Shown here piece by piece: positions 45,995 through 56,328 of a stretch of 56,328 bases of DNA (the stretch's first letter is position 1; each line of letters starts with the position of its first letter). The translations under genes were made by a program, and so were the position numbers. The notes under the pieces were generated by a model. That model saw nothing but the letters and a program-made list of their open reading frames with translations, was not told where the DNA came from and made no database searches. The stretch comes from Nitrosopumilus sp. (GTDB taxonomy: Archaea; Thermoproteota; Nitrososphaeria; Nitrososphaerales; Nitrosopumilaceae): contig JABGZU010000084.1 of NCBI GenBank assembly GCA_018674605.1, forward strand, positions 1 through 56,328. Direction: 5' to 3'.

Positions 45995-46345
45995 TTATTC
46001 AGTACTAAATGAGTGACCACATGAACAGGATTTTGTAACATTTGGATTATTAATTTTAAATCCAGAGCCCATTAAACTTTCAATATAGTCAACGTTTGCA
46101 CCTTGTAAATGATCAACACTGTAACTATCAACTAAGAGTTTGACTCCATTTTCTTCAAGAACAAGATCATCTTCTTCTGGTGCTTTTTCAAAGCCCATAC
46201 CATAAGATAATCCAGAACAACCTCCACCTTGAACATATACTCGTAGGTATTCAGGGGATTCTGCTTCCTCTTTCATGAATTCATGAATTTTCTCAGCTGC
46301 TTTTGCAGTAACTGTAACCATTTTTTGTGTTTGTTCAGTTGCCAT
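45995..46345 (-). CDS. A-type Fe-S carrier (HesB/IscA/ErpA)
   Basis: GGGCSGLSY, NPNVTKSCSCGHSF; start at MATEQ (46345). Confidence 0.94.
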   Translation of the reverse strand: MATEQTQKMVTVTAKAAEKIHEFMKEEAESPEYLRVYVQGGGCSGLSYGMGFEKAPEEDDLVLEENGVKLLVDSYSVDHLQGANVDYIESLMGSGFKINNPNVTKSCSCGHSFSTE

Positions 46346-46452
46346 TATGATCAAAAATCGATTTTAAATTATAATAAGTTTTTCCCCGCCAACATACTAG
46401 TAATTCACACAGGCTTGATGAATAATAAAAATAAAAAAGAGACAGAAATAGC

Positions 46453-47250
<798 letters not shown>

Positions 47251-49368
47251 CTATTTTCCACGGACTTTGCCCCATTGAGACAAAGCAGATGCTGCAGCAA
47301 CCCAAGTTCTAAGGTCTTGATAAACAGGAACATTATGTTCCTCAATTAATTTAATCATTTTTTCAGTATATGGTCCACCATTTCCACCAGCCAAAATTGG
47401 TTTAACACCTTTTTTGGATAATTCATCAAGGTAACCTACAATTGTTTCTTCAAGTGGATCATCTTGGAACACAAACCAGGGCATAGCAATATCAATATTT
47501 TTTTCATCTACAAATTGTTCAATAACAAATTTGTAATCATCTGCAGTTGCACCACCACCAACATCTGCCGGATTACCATTATGAATTGGTACAGTTGGAG
47601 GGAAATGTCCCTTTATGGATTTGACAGTTTTAGGAGATAATTTTCCTATAACAAGACCTGATTTTTCTAATTGATCAATTCCACCAATCATTGGACCAGC
47701 ACCATTACTAGTCATTGCAACACGATTGCCTTTTGCATGAGGTTGCCATGCTAGTGCCTTTAAGACACCAACTAATTCTTGATAACTGTCAACTGAAATA
47801 ATTCCTGCTTGTTTGAATGCACCCATAATCATTGCATTAGATCCACCAAGTGAGCCTGTATGTGATGCTGCTTGTTTTGCACCTGCAGCAGTTCTTCCAC
47901 TTTTCCAAATAACAATTGGTTTCTTTGTTTGTTTCATTACACGTTTAGCTGTATTGATGAATTTTCTACCATCACCAAACCCTTCAACGTATAATCCAAT
48001 TACTTTAGTTTGAGGATCATTTGCAGCATACCATATCATATCTGCCTCATCAACATCAGAACGATTACCAAAACTAATCATTTTTGATAAACCAAAGATA
48101 TCAGCACTTTCTAACATACTAATTCCCATTGTTCCACTTTGTGAGAAAAATGCAACATTTCCTAATTTTGAACGTACCATTCTTTCTTGTCCTTGAAATG
48201 CACAATCAAGACGATTTGCTGCATTAAACATTCCAATACAATTAGGACCAACAACACGAATTTTGTGTTTTATTGATAATTCTTTTACTTCAGCTTCCAT
48301 GGCAGCTCTATCACCACCAAGTTCTTTGCCACCACCAGAAACAATCACAACATTGTGAATTCCTTTTTCAGCACATGTCTTCATAATTGGTCCACAAAAT
48401 GCAAGATCAATACAAACAACAACTAGATCAACTTTTGCTTTTATTGCATCTAATGATGGATAACATTTGATTCCAAGAATCTCTTTTTGTTTAGGATTAA
48501 TTGGAAATACTTTACCTTTGTAATCTTGTTTTCCAAGTGCATCTAATACAGAATTACCAATCTTTCCAGGGGTTGCAGATGCACCAACTAGTGCAACAGA
48601 TTTTGGAGTAAAGAAAGACTCCATGGATGCAATGTTTGGTTTTGCTTTTGAAATCGAATTCTTTTTTAATTCACTATTTAGAATAATTTTTGCATCAACT
48701 ACAAAATGGGATTTTGGATATACAATTACAGGATTAAAATCAATACTGTTAACATAGTCAGCATTGTCTACACCTAATTTTCCAATGTCAACTAACATTT
48801 TTGCAACCATGTTAAGATCAACTGGTTCACTTCCTCTGAAACCCTTGAGAAGTTTTGAGCCTTTTAGTTCATTTATCATAGATTTTGCATCAGATGTAGT
48901 TATTGGAAGCATTCTAAATGCAACATCTTTGAATACTTCAGTCATTACTCCACCTAATCCAGCCATAATCATTGGGCCAAATTGTGGATCATTTTGAATA
49001 CCTACAATTAGCTCAACACCTTTTGGAACCATTTTTTCCAAAAGAATTCCTTTAACATCAACACCTTTCTTTTTAGAAAGACGACCATGCATATCTTTGA
49101 ATGTTTTTTTAACATCATCAACATTATCAATTCCAACTTTAACTCCACCGACATCAGTTTTATGCAAAATTTGTGGAGATACTACTTTCATTACTAGTGG
49201 AAAACCTATTTTCTTTGCTTGTTTTACTGCATCATCTACAGAAGTAGCTAATGCATAAGGTGGAACCTTAACGCCATATGATTTAAGAATAGATTTGGAT
49301 AGTTCCTCAGTGATAACTTTGTGATCGGTTTGAATTGTTTCTTCAAAAATTTTCTGTACTGCAGTCAT
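47251..49368 (-). CDS. ADP-forming acyl-CoA synthetase (ATP-grasp domain first); probable 3-hydroxypropionyl-CoA synthetase
   Basis: [11 protein letters not shown]-grasp, GPNCIG, SQSG, ASHTGSL phospho-His, SNGAG; gene context. Confidence 0.88.
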   Translation of the reverse strand: MTAVQKIFEETIQTDHKVITEELSKSILKSYGVKVPPYALATSVDDAVKQAKKIGFPLVMKVVSPQILHKTDVGGVKVGIDNVDDVKKTFKDMHGRLSKKKGVDVKGILLEKMVPKGVELIVGIQNDPQFGPMIMAGLGGVMTEVFKDVAFRMLPITTSDAKSMINELKGSKLLKGFRGSEPVDLNMVAKMLVDIGKLGVDNADYVNSIDFNPVIVYPKSHFVVDAKIILNSELKKNSISKAKPNIASMESFFTPKSVALVGASATPGKIGNSVLDALGKQDYKGKVFPINPKQKEILGIKCYPSLDAIKAKVDLVVVCIDLAFCGPIMKTCAEKGIHNVVIVSGGGKELGGDRAAMEAEVKELSIKHKIRVVGPNCIGMFNAANRLDCAFQGQERMVRSKLGNVAFFSQSGTMGISMLESADIFGLSKMISFGNRSDVDEADMIWYAANDPQTKVIGLYVEGFGDGRKFINTAKRVMKQTKKPIVIWKSGRTAAGAKQAASHTGSLGGSNAMIMGAFKQAGIISVDSYQELVGVLKALAWQPHAKGNRVAMTSNGAGPMIGGIDQLEKSGLVIGKLSPKTVKSIKGHFPPTVPIHNGNPADVGGGATADDYKFVIEQFVDEKNIDIAMPWFVFQDDPLEETIVGYLDELSKKGVKPILAGGNGGPYTEKMIKLIEEHNVPVYQDLRTWVAAASALSQWGKVRGK

Positions 49369-49409
49369 TGCTCGATCGATAAATCAAATCTCAATATATT
49401 AAACTTTGG

Positions 49410-50093
49410 TCAAATACAAAATGATGATTTAAAATTGTTGTAAAAAATTGCCATGTTTGATTTTACAACAAATATACGTTCATCAATATCAGAACGAATT
49501 TTTTGAGGATCAATGTAAGGTATTTGTTGTAATTTTTCTTCAGTGTTATCAAGCCAAAGATTTATCATTTGTTCATTTACTTCAAGATGAAATTGTAAAC
49601 CAATTGCACTTTTGTATTGAAATGCTTGATTTTGGTAATGTTCAGATGAGACTAGTCTTACAGCACCATCAGGCAAATCAAATGTATCACCATGCCAATG
49701 AAACACAGTGAAAGGGTTTTTGATGCCTGAAAATAATGCAGAATTATTAGAAATTTTCAAATCATCGTAAAATCCAATTTCAGTTTTTGGTCCACGATAT
49801 ACAGATGCTCCAAAAGTTTTAGCAATCAATTGGGAACCCAAACATATTCCCAAAATAGGAATATTTTTTTCAACGCTGTTTCGGATTAAGTTTTGTTCAT
49901 CTAAAAGATAAGGTAAATTATCATTTACACTTTCAGGTGCGCCCAAAATTACAATCAATTCAAAATCTTTTGTTGGAATGGGTTCGTGTTTTGCATTAAT
50001 AGAAGTAATGTTAAATCCATCATTTTTTAAAAGTTCACCCAAATATCCAGATCCTTCAATTCGAGTATTTTGAATTAATAGTACATCAGACAA
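49410..50093 (-). CDS. Stand-alone class I glutamine amidotransferase-like protein
   Basis: GICLGSQ nucleophile, HWHGDTF, QFHLE His-Glu. Confidence 0.9.
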   Translation of the reverse strand: MSDVLLIQNTRIEGSGYLGELLKNDGFNITSINAKHEPIPTKDFELIVILGAPESVNDNLPYLLDEQNLIRNSVEKNIPILGICLGSQLIAKTFGASVYRGPKTEIGFYDDLKISNNSALFSGIKNPFTVFHWHGDTFDLPDGAVRLVSSEHYQNQAFQYKSAIGLQFHLEVNEQMINLWLDNTEEKLQQIPYIDPQKIRSDIDERIFVVKSNMAIFYNNFKSSFCI

Positions 50094-50168
50094 TAAGATA
50101 CATCAAATAAATTCTTCAATATATTAGAATTCCAATAAATTTTATATCAAAAGTATTGTTACAAAATA

Positions 50169-50342
50169 ATGGCTTTGAAGTTAAAATGTAAAGATTATGG
50201 ATTTGAATGTGATTTTAACATCGAAGGTGAATTTTCAGAATCTCAAGTAAAAATATTGAAAGAACATTTTGAAGAAAAACATGGAATTGATTATTCAAAA
50301 GAAGTTGTTGCTCAAATGATCATGAATAAAGATCATTCTTAA
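50169..50342 (+). CDS. Small metal-binding protein, DUF1059-like (57 aa), not in ORF track
   Basis: MALKLKCKDYGFECDF...EHFEEKHGIDY...; C-x6-C and H-x4-H; TTTATA about 25 nt upstream. Confidence 0.8.
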   Translation: MALKLKCKDYGFECDFNIEGEFSESQVKILKEHFEEKHGIDYSKEVVAQMIMNKDHS

Positions 50343-50590
50343 AATATAATAAAATAATTATTTTAAAACATAGATGATAATTTCAGAATACTCAAATTTG
50401 GATATTGTAATGTTGTTATTTTTAATATTCTAGTTTCAATGATAATCTAATTTATTACAGATTGGGCTTCACCAATAGAGAATTACTCAAATATTACAAA
50501 TAATGGTCATAGAGTATTGAGTTAATTATAAAAAAATTAGAAAATCTTTGCACTCAAAAGTCCAGTTTTTACATTCAACTAATGTGAATT

Positions 50591-50690
50591 TCCGTGCAAA
50601 TAGAATTCGTTTTGTGCAAATAAACTAAAATTTGTGCAAATAGAATCATTTTTGTGCAAATAGATGTGCATTTGTGCAAATAGAATTACA
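50591..50690. repeat. Five non-coding direct repeats, exact 20-bp period, core TTTGTGCAAATA
   Basis: Units start at 50591, 50611, 50631, 50651, 50671; the first has tcc instead of ttt; the last 6-8 nt of each unit vary. Confidence 0.95.
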
Positions 50691-50697
50691 AAAAGTG

Positions 50698-50713
50698 AAT
50701 ACGCATGCGTATT
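50698..50713. other. Perfect 16-bp palindrome AATACGCATGCGTATT
   Basis: Self-reverse-complementary, 7 bp after the repeat array. Confidence 0.9.
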
Positions 50714-50866
50714 TCAAGGAGTATAATGCTAAAAATTCAAGATAAATGTTCTTGTTGTAAATGTTATTTGAACGAAAATACTCTAAATTGAGATATGGGT
50801 AAATGGTAAAACACCATATTACTAATTGAATAGATAGTCAGTTATGAATTATATTTTGAATAAAGA

Positions 50867-52141
50867 TTATGGCCAAATGCCTTTTTGATTAAAGGCCTCA
50901 AGTACTCGCTCAACTGCCAAAACCATAGTTGCTTTTCTCATATCGACTTTATGTTTTTTAGATACTGCAAGTGCATCTTTGAATCCTTTTGTGATATTTG
51001 CCTCCATTTTACTTGCAACCTCATCAAATGTCCAATAGTATCCCATGTTGTTTTGTACCCATTCTAAATATGAGATACAGACACCACCAGAGTTTGCCAA
51101 AATATCAGGAATAACCATAATTTTCTTTTTGTAAATAATTGGATCAGCCTCAGGTAATGTTGGACCATTTGCAGCCTCTGCAATGAGTTTACATTGTAAT
51201 TTCTCTGCAATCTTTGCATCAATTTGATTTTCAAGTGCACCTGGAACTAAAATATCACATTTTGTAGTTAGTAATTCTTCAGTAGAGATTTTCTTACTAC
51301 CAGGAAAACCAACAACAGAACCAGTTTTTTGTTTATGTTCTAAAATTTTACTGACTTTAGCACCTTTAGGAATTGAAATTGAACCTTTAGAATCACTAAC
51401 AGCAATTACAATAGAACCCATTTTTTCTAAAGATTCACCTGCAAATGTAGATGCATTTCCAAATCCTTGTAAAACTACTTTAGCACCTTTTAATTTAATT
51501 TTCAATGTTTTTGCAGCTTCTCTAATAGTATATGCTGCACCTAATCCAGTTGCAACATTTCTTGCAAGTGAGCCACCCATTGAAATTGGTTTTCCAGTAA
51601 TTACACCTGGAGAGTATTTGTTTCCATTTAATTTACTAAAAGTATCCATAATTTGGGTCATTTCTCGTCCTGTAGTATAAACATCAGGTGCAGGAATATC
51701 TTTTTCAGGTCCAATTATTTCAGAAATTTTATATGCAAAACCTCTTGTTAATCGCTCCATTTCACCATCACTAAGTTTTTCAGTTTTTGGGTTAACGTAG
51801 ATTGCACCTTTTCCACCACCAAGTGGGATATCAACAATTGCACATTTCCAAGTCATCCAAGATGATAAAGCCATAACTTCGCGCTCCATATACTCAACAC
51901 CACCTTCAGGATTGAAATAACGAATGCCTCCCTTGTATGGGCCTCTATCGTTATTGTGTTGACTTCTAAAGCCAGTAAATATTCTAATTTTTCCATTATC
52001 CATTTTAACAGGAATTTTAACTCTTAACATTTTATTTGGCATTGCAAGATATTCACGAATTCCTTTATCAGATATACCAAGAATATCACAAGCATCATTG
52101 ACTTGTTTAGTTGCATTTGCAAATGGATCATGCTTTACCAA
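50867..52141 (-). CDS. gdhA: Glutamate dehydrogenase
   Basis: GPYKGGIRY, MTWKCA, LGGGKG, DIPAPDV, QGFGN, EAANGP, PDILANSGGV. Confidence 0.96.
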   Translation of the reverse strand: MVKHDPFANATKQVNDACDILGISDKGIREYLAMPNKMLRVKIPVKMDNGKIRIFTGFRSQHNNDRGPYKGGIRYFNPEGGVEYMEREVMALSSWMTWKCAIVDIPLGGGKGAIYVNPKTEKLSDGEMERLTRGFAYKISEIIGPEKDIPAPDVYTTGREMTQIMDTFSKLNGNKYSPGVITGKPISMGGSLARNVATGLGAAYTIREAAKTLKIKLKGAKVVLQGFGNASTFAGESLEKMGSIVIAVSDSKGSISIPKGAKVSKILEHKQKTGSVVGFPGSKKISTEELLTTKCDILVPGALENQIDAKIAEKLQCKLIAEAANGPTLPEADPIIYKKKIMVIPDILANSGGVCISYLEWVQNNMGYYWTFDEVASKMEANITKGFKDALAVSKKHKVDMRKATMVLAVERVLEAFNQKGIWP

Positions 52142-52379
52142 GATATTTTGAATTGTTCGTATGATATTATATAAGTTTGGTAAGCAGAATTCTGATCGTA
52201 ATTTTCGAGTAAAAGTATAGAGAAGTTTTGAGGAAAATCAAAATTATGGATAAATTAAAAATTCTAAAAAATAGAAATTGATTTTTAGAAAATTAGTTAA
52301 AAATTGAATAAATGAATATTTCCACAGACATTAAGACGAGGATTACCCTTAAATTGACTGAGAAGGAACTCTGATTATC

Positions 52380-53105
52380 ATGATGGCATCACGAGGATAC
52401 GATATGACACCTACAATGTATTCTCCAGATGGTAGAATATACCAAGTAGAATATGCCATAGAGACAGTAAAGAGAGGAACTCTAGCAATAGGCATTAGAA
52501 CTAATCAAGGAGTAATCATGGCAGTTGAAGAAAAACCACGAACATTACAAACTAAAAATATCACACAGAAAATTTTTCAAGTCGATCATCATATTGGAGT
52601 TGCAGCAGCAGGATACATTCCAGATGCACGTGTTCAAGTAGATAGTGCAAGAGCATTTTCACAAGGAAACAAAATGACATATGATGAAGCAGTAGAAATT
52701 GGAACAGTTGCAAAATATTTAGCAGATACAGCTCATCAATTTACCCAATATGGCGGAGTACGTCCAAATGGTGTCTCCATGATTATTGCAGGAATTGATC
52801 AAAAAGGAGAATCAATCTATGTAATAGATCCTAGTGGAACATATGTACAATTTACAGCAGTAGCAATAGGTGCAGGGGCTGATGAAGTAAATTCATTTTT
52901 AGAAAAAAATTATAATCCAGATATGAGTTTAGAAGATGCAGCAGCATTAGCTATTGCATCAATCAATTTGAAAGCAGAAGAAAAAGAGGAAATTAAAAAT
53001 GTTAAAATGGCTAAAGTTTCATCAGATACAAAAGTTTTTGAAAAAGTTTCAGAATCAGATTTGAAAAATTATTCTAAAAACGTATCAAAATTTACAAATG
53101 AATAA
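52380..53105 (+). CDS. psmA: Proteasome alpha subunit
   Basis: YDMTPTMYSPDGRIYQVEYA, QYGGVRPNG, DPSG. Confidence 0.96.
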   Translation: MMASRGYDMTPTMYSPDGRIYQVEYAIETVKRGTLAIGIRTNQGVIMAVEEKPRTLQTKNITQKIFQVDHHIGVAAAGYIPDARVQVDSARAFSQGNKMTYDEAVEIGTVAKYLADTAHQFTQYGGVRPNGVSMIIAGIDQKGESIYVIDPSGTYVQFTAVAIGAGADEVNSFLEKNYNPDMSLEDAAALAIASINLKAEEKEEIKNVKMAKVSSDTKVFEKVSESDLKNYSKNVSKFTNE

Positions 53106-53154
53106 AAATTTTAGATTTGAAAAATATTCAATTAAAACAAAGAGAGTATAAAAA

Positions 53155-53847
53155 ATGGGTTTAGGAAGTAGTTATTGGAATGAAGTTATCGAAGTACTTC
53201 GAGAAATCATTCCAGTTTATGATAAAGTTAATTCAATAATATCATTAGGAAAAGATGTAAAACATAGAAATCAAGGTATCTCAGGAAGAGTATTTCCAGG
53301 AAATAAAATCTTAGATGCAGGATCAGGTTTTGGAAATATGTCAAAGACAGCACTGAAACTAACAGATGAAAATCTCTCAATCACACTTTATGATCCTTTA
53401 GTACCGATGTTAAAAAATACAAGCACATATTTTGAAAAAACTCCAAATATGGCAAACGGTGTTTTTGAACATATTCCATTTAAAGAAGGAGAATTTGATG
53501 CAGTTTTGTGTGGATATTCGTTAAGAGATGCAATTAATTTAAGAGTTGCAATTTCAGAAATCCACAGAGTATTAAAAAAAGAGGGACGTATGGTCATCGT
53601 AGATTTGGGAAAACCAGATGAATCATTTTTTAGAATTGGAGTTTCATTTTATTTAAGATGCATTCTTCCAATTCTAGCATTTGCAGCAGCAGGAAAATTA
53701 GGATTAAAATTTGGAACACTGTATGGCACTTACAAGAGATGGCCTCAAAATAAAAAACTTGAAAAATTATTATTAGAAAAATTTTCACGAGTTGAGTTTG
53801 AGAAAGATCTTATGGGCGGTGCAATAATAGTTGCAGCTTACAAATGA
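53155..53847 (+). CDS. Class I SAM methyltransferase, UbiE/MenG-like
   Basis: YDKVNSIISLG, LDAGSGFG, IPFKEGEFD, EIHRVLKKEG. Confidence 0.8.
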   Translation: MGLGSSYWNEVIEVLREIIPVYDKVNSIISLGKDVKHRNQGISGRVFPGNKILDAGSGFGNMSKTALKLTDENLSITLYDPLVPMLKNTSTYFEKTPNMANGVFEHIPFKEGEFDAVLCGYSLRDAINLRVAISEIHRVLKKEGRMVIVDLGKPDESFFRIGVSFYLRCILPILAFAAAGKLGLKFGTLYGTYKRWPQNKKLEKLLLEKFSRVEFEKDLMGGAIIVAAYK

Positions 53848-55001
53848 ATAGAGTTCTAATTTTAGTAAACATTACAGGGTTAATCATAGGTATTTCATAT
53901 GGACTTCACGGTCCAATATTACCAATTTTCGCAAAAAATGTTATTGGTGCAACATATTCAGAATTAGGTTTTATTGGATTAGCAAATTTTGTACCATACA
54001 TGTTCATTCCACTTTTTGTGGGAATATTATTAGATAGAATAAACAACGCATACATACTAGGATTAGGTGCAGCAATTAATTCAGCATCAATTTATCTTCT
54101 ATCCATTGCACAATCCGTTCCAGAAATAATGGGATTTAGAATAATGACAGGTATAGCTCATGCATTTTTTTGGCCTCCATGCGAATCTATCATTTCAAAC
54201 GAAAGTACAGAAAAAAGTAGAGTCAAGCACATCTCATGGTTTACAATGTTTTTTGTAATGGGGTTTATGATAGGACCACTAATTGGAACAATGTTTTTAG
54301 AAAATATGGATATTACGTATAGAATTTTGTTTCAAATTGCAGCATTCATTTTAGCTGCAGGAATAATAACATCATTACTTACTTCAAGAAAAAATGTAAA
54401 AAGACATCATGAAAAATTTTCATTTTCAGCAATAAAAGATATGAAGAAATTTCCAGAAGTAATTATTTTATTAATTTTTTGTACATCATCATTTGGGATT
54501 ATTTTAACAATCTATCCAGCATTTCTTAATGATAATGGAATGGATGCAACAAACATTTTGTTATTATATTTTGTATTTGGTATTTCACGAGTAGTGTCAT
54601 TAGCATTAGCTGGGAAATTTGCAGAAAAAACAAGTCAAACCTTGATTGCAGCAACTTTAGCAGTTTCATTAGGATTAGCAATATCAGTAATTGCAGATTC
54701 AATTGTCATGTTTGGAATTGCTCTAGTTTTAATGGGATTTGGATTTAGTATATTTTTTCCATTAACGTTAGAAATTATTTTAAGCAAAACAAGGAAAAAT
54801 ATTTCAGGAAAAATTATTGGAGCATATGAAACAATTTTTGGACTAGGATGGGTATTAGGACCAACCATCGGAGGTCCAATCACACAGTCATTTGGAGATG
54901 AAACACCATATATGATATTTGGAATAATAGGAATAGGAGTCACAATACTTGCCATAATATCAAGAAAGAAATTAGAACCAGAAGAAATTCAAAATCAGTA
55001 A
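53844..55001 (+). CDS. MFS transporter
   Basis: About 12 TM helices, GILLDRIN motif A; ATGA overlap with the methyltransferase. Confidence 0.88.
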   Translation: MNRVLILVNITGLIIGISYGLHGPILPIFAKNVIGATYSELGFIGLANFVPYMFIPLFVGILLDRINNAYILGLGAAINSASIYLLSIAQSVPEIMGFRIMTGIAHAFFWPPCESIISNESTEKSRVKHISWFTMFFVMGFMIGPLIGTMFLENMDITYRILFQIAAFILAAGIITSLLTSRKNVKRHHEKFSFSAIKDMKKFPEVIILLIFCTSSFGIILTIYPAFLNDNGMDATNILLLYFVFGISRVVSLALAGKFAEKTSQTLIAATLAVSLGLAISVIADSIVMFGIALVLMGFGFSIFFPLTLEIILSKTRKNISGKIIGAYETIFGLGWVLGPTIGGPITQSFGDETPYMIFGIIGIGVTILAIISRKKLEPEEIQNQ

Positions 55002-55087
55002 ATAAAGAAATTATTCAATAAAATAATGAACAAATTAGGCACAATAGAAAACATTACGTTTAATTTTAAATCAAAGAATTTCTGAAC

Positions 55088-55432
55088 ATGTTAGACTATT
55101 CATTGAATATAGGTGGCAGTGAATGGATGATAATTATATTTGCAGCAGTAGTGCTAATTTTAGGAACAGGTAAACTTCCAGGTTTTGCAAAAAAAATGGG
55201 TAAAGTTGTTAATGAATACAATAATGCCAAAAATGAAATTCAACAACAAATGAAAGAAGTTACAGAAGAAATTCCAAAAATTTCAGGTCCTGTAGAAACA
55301 GAAAGAGAGAAACTTGAAACAATAGCTAAATCAGTTGGAATTAAAACTGAAGGAAAGACAGATGAAGAAATTCAAAAAGATATTTCCACAAGAATTGGTA
55401 AAAAAACACCAGATACTTCTGAAACAAAATAA
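55088..55432 (+). CDS. tatA: Twin-arginine translocase TatA/E subunit
   Basis: IGGSEWMII TM, LGTGKLP hinge, amphipathic helix, charged tail. Confidence 0.85.
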   Translation: MLDYSLNIGGSEWMIIIFAAVVLILGTGKLPGFAKKMGKVVNEYNNAKNEIQQQMKEVTEEIPKISGPVETEREKLETIAKSVGIKTEGKTDEEIQKDISTRIGKKTPDTSETK

Positions 55433-55435
55433 AAA

Positions 55436-56212
55436 TTATTTTGATGTTTTAATTCTATACAAATTTTCATCTAATCTTTTTTTGGCAAATTTATAGTAAT
55501 CAGGAACAATTTCAAATCCAAGAAAACGTCGATTAAGAGATTTACTTACAACTGCTACTTGTCCAGAACCAAGAAAAGGATCAAATATAATATCTTTTTT
55601 TTCACTAGAATATTCTAATAATTTTTTTATTATTTCAGACGGTAACTTGGTAGGGGTTTTTTCATCACCAGACCAATATTCTCTTTTAATATTCCACACA
55701 TCTTCTTTATCACGATAATGAAGACTACGGCCTTCATCAGATTTATCTTCTTTTTTAAATCTAGAAAAAGGAAAAAATTTTCTTTTTTTATCATCCTTAC
55801 AAACATAAAGACAATGATAATGTGAAGTTACAAACTTCTTTTTAGTTACAACACCAAACTGATATTTCCAAATAATATGATTAATAGTTACAAATCCAAC
55901 ATCATCTAATGCACGTAAAATATCTTTAAGGTTATTCCATCCTGAAAATACATACATACTTCCAGAATCTTTTAGGATTCGAAAAACTTCACTCATCCAG
56001 GAAAAGGTAAAATCATAATAGTCTTCAGGTTTAATTTCATTATATCCAGATAAGACTCTAGAAGCGATTCGATTGTAATTGGCTTTTTTTGCTTTAAAAT
56101 TAATAGCAAAAGGAGGATCAGTAATTACAAGATCAATTTTATTTTTAGGAATTAAACTCATTCCATCAATACAGTTTTGATTGTAAATTTTGTTAATTTC
56201 AATTTTTTTCAA
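55436..56212 (-). CDS. Site-specific DNA methyltransferase (N6-A/N4-C, beta class)
   Basis: Motif IV DPPF near the N-terminus, PTKLP, motif I DPFLGSG near the C-terminus. Confidence 0.92.
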   Translation of the reverse strand: MKKIEINKIYNQNCIDGMSLIPKNKIDLVITDPPFAINFKAKKANYNRIASRVLSGYNEIKPEDYYDFTFSWMSEVFRILKDSGSMYVFSGWNNLKDILRALDDVGFVTINHIIWKYQFGVVTKKKFVTSHYHCLYVCKDDKKRKFFPFSRFKKEDKSDEGRSLHYRDKEDVWNIKREYWSGDEKTPTKLPSEIIKKLLEYSSEKKDIIFDPFLGSGQVAVVSKSLNRRFLGFEIVPDYYKFAKKRLDENLYRIKTSK

Positions 56213-56328
56213 TTTTAAAATTTAATAGAATGTAGCCAATTTCTATCTTTTTCTTTTGTTTTAACTAATAATCTTCTAAATAGTCTATAATTACACTCAG
56301 TAATTAGAAATTATTTTTCTTATTCCAA

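Noticed and set aside
50591-50690. Mini-CRISPR interpretation of the 20-bp-period array
   Set aside because: Constant part is only 12-14 nt and variable part 6-8 nt, far below CRISPR repeat/spacer sizes; no cas genes in the window
56213-56328. Possible 3' remnant of a gene upstream of the methyltransferase (31 open codons, FLITECNYRLF...SIKF)
   Set aside because: Too short, preceded by in-frame stops and truncated by the window edge; cannot be supported

Overview
AT-rich core-genome segment of a marine ammonia-oxidising archaeon (Nitrososphaerota/Thaumarchaeota, Nitrosopumilus-like). The assignment rests on gene content: archaeal rpo7-spt4, nurA-herA-mre11-rad50, rpl15e/rpl39e/rpl31e, archaeal-type nirK, a degenerate FtsZ, split B12-dependent MetH, a LysW-based arginine/lysine supercluster, 3HP/4HB-cycle hydratase and ADP-forming CoA synthetase, gdhA and proteasome alpha. 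No rRNA, tRNA, CRISPR array or mobile element was recognised. Five genes missing from the ORF track were read by hand: mrp, rpl39e, a second lysW, a DUF1059-like gene and a 44-aa ORF. The most interesting signals are (1) a 162-aa HEAT protein resembling one half of eukaryotic deoxyhypusine hydroxylase, (2) a second LysW carrier ending in EDWGQ rather than EDWGE, (3) a non-coding array of five palindromic sites with an exact 20-bp period followed by a perfect 16-bp palindrome, (4) a candidate structured ncRNA near rpl15e and (5) a winged-helix-fused FAD synthetase. All calls are from motif recognition by eye; no database search was run.
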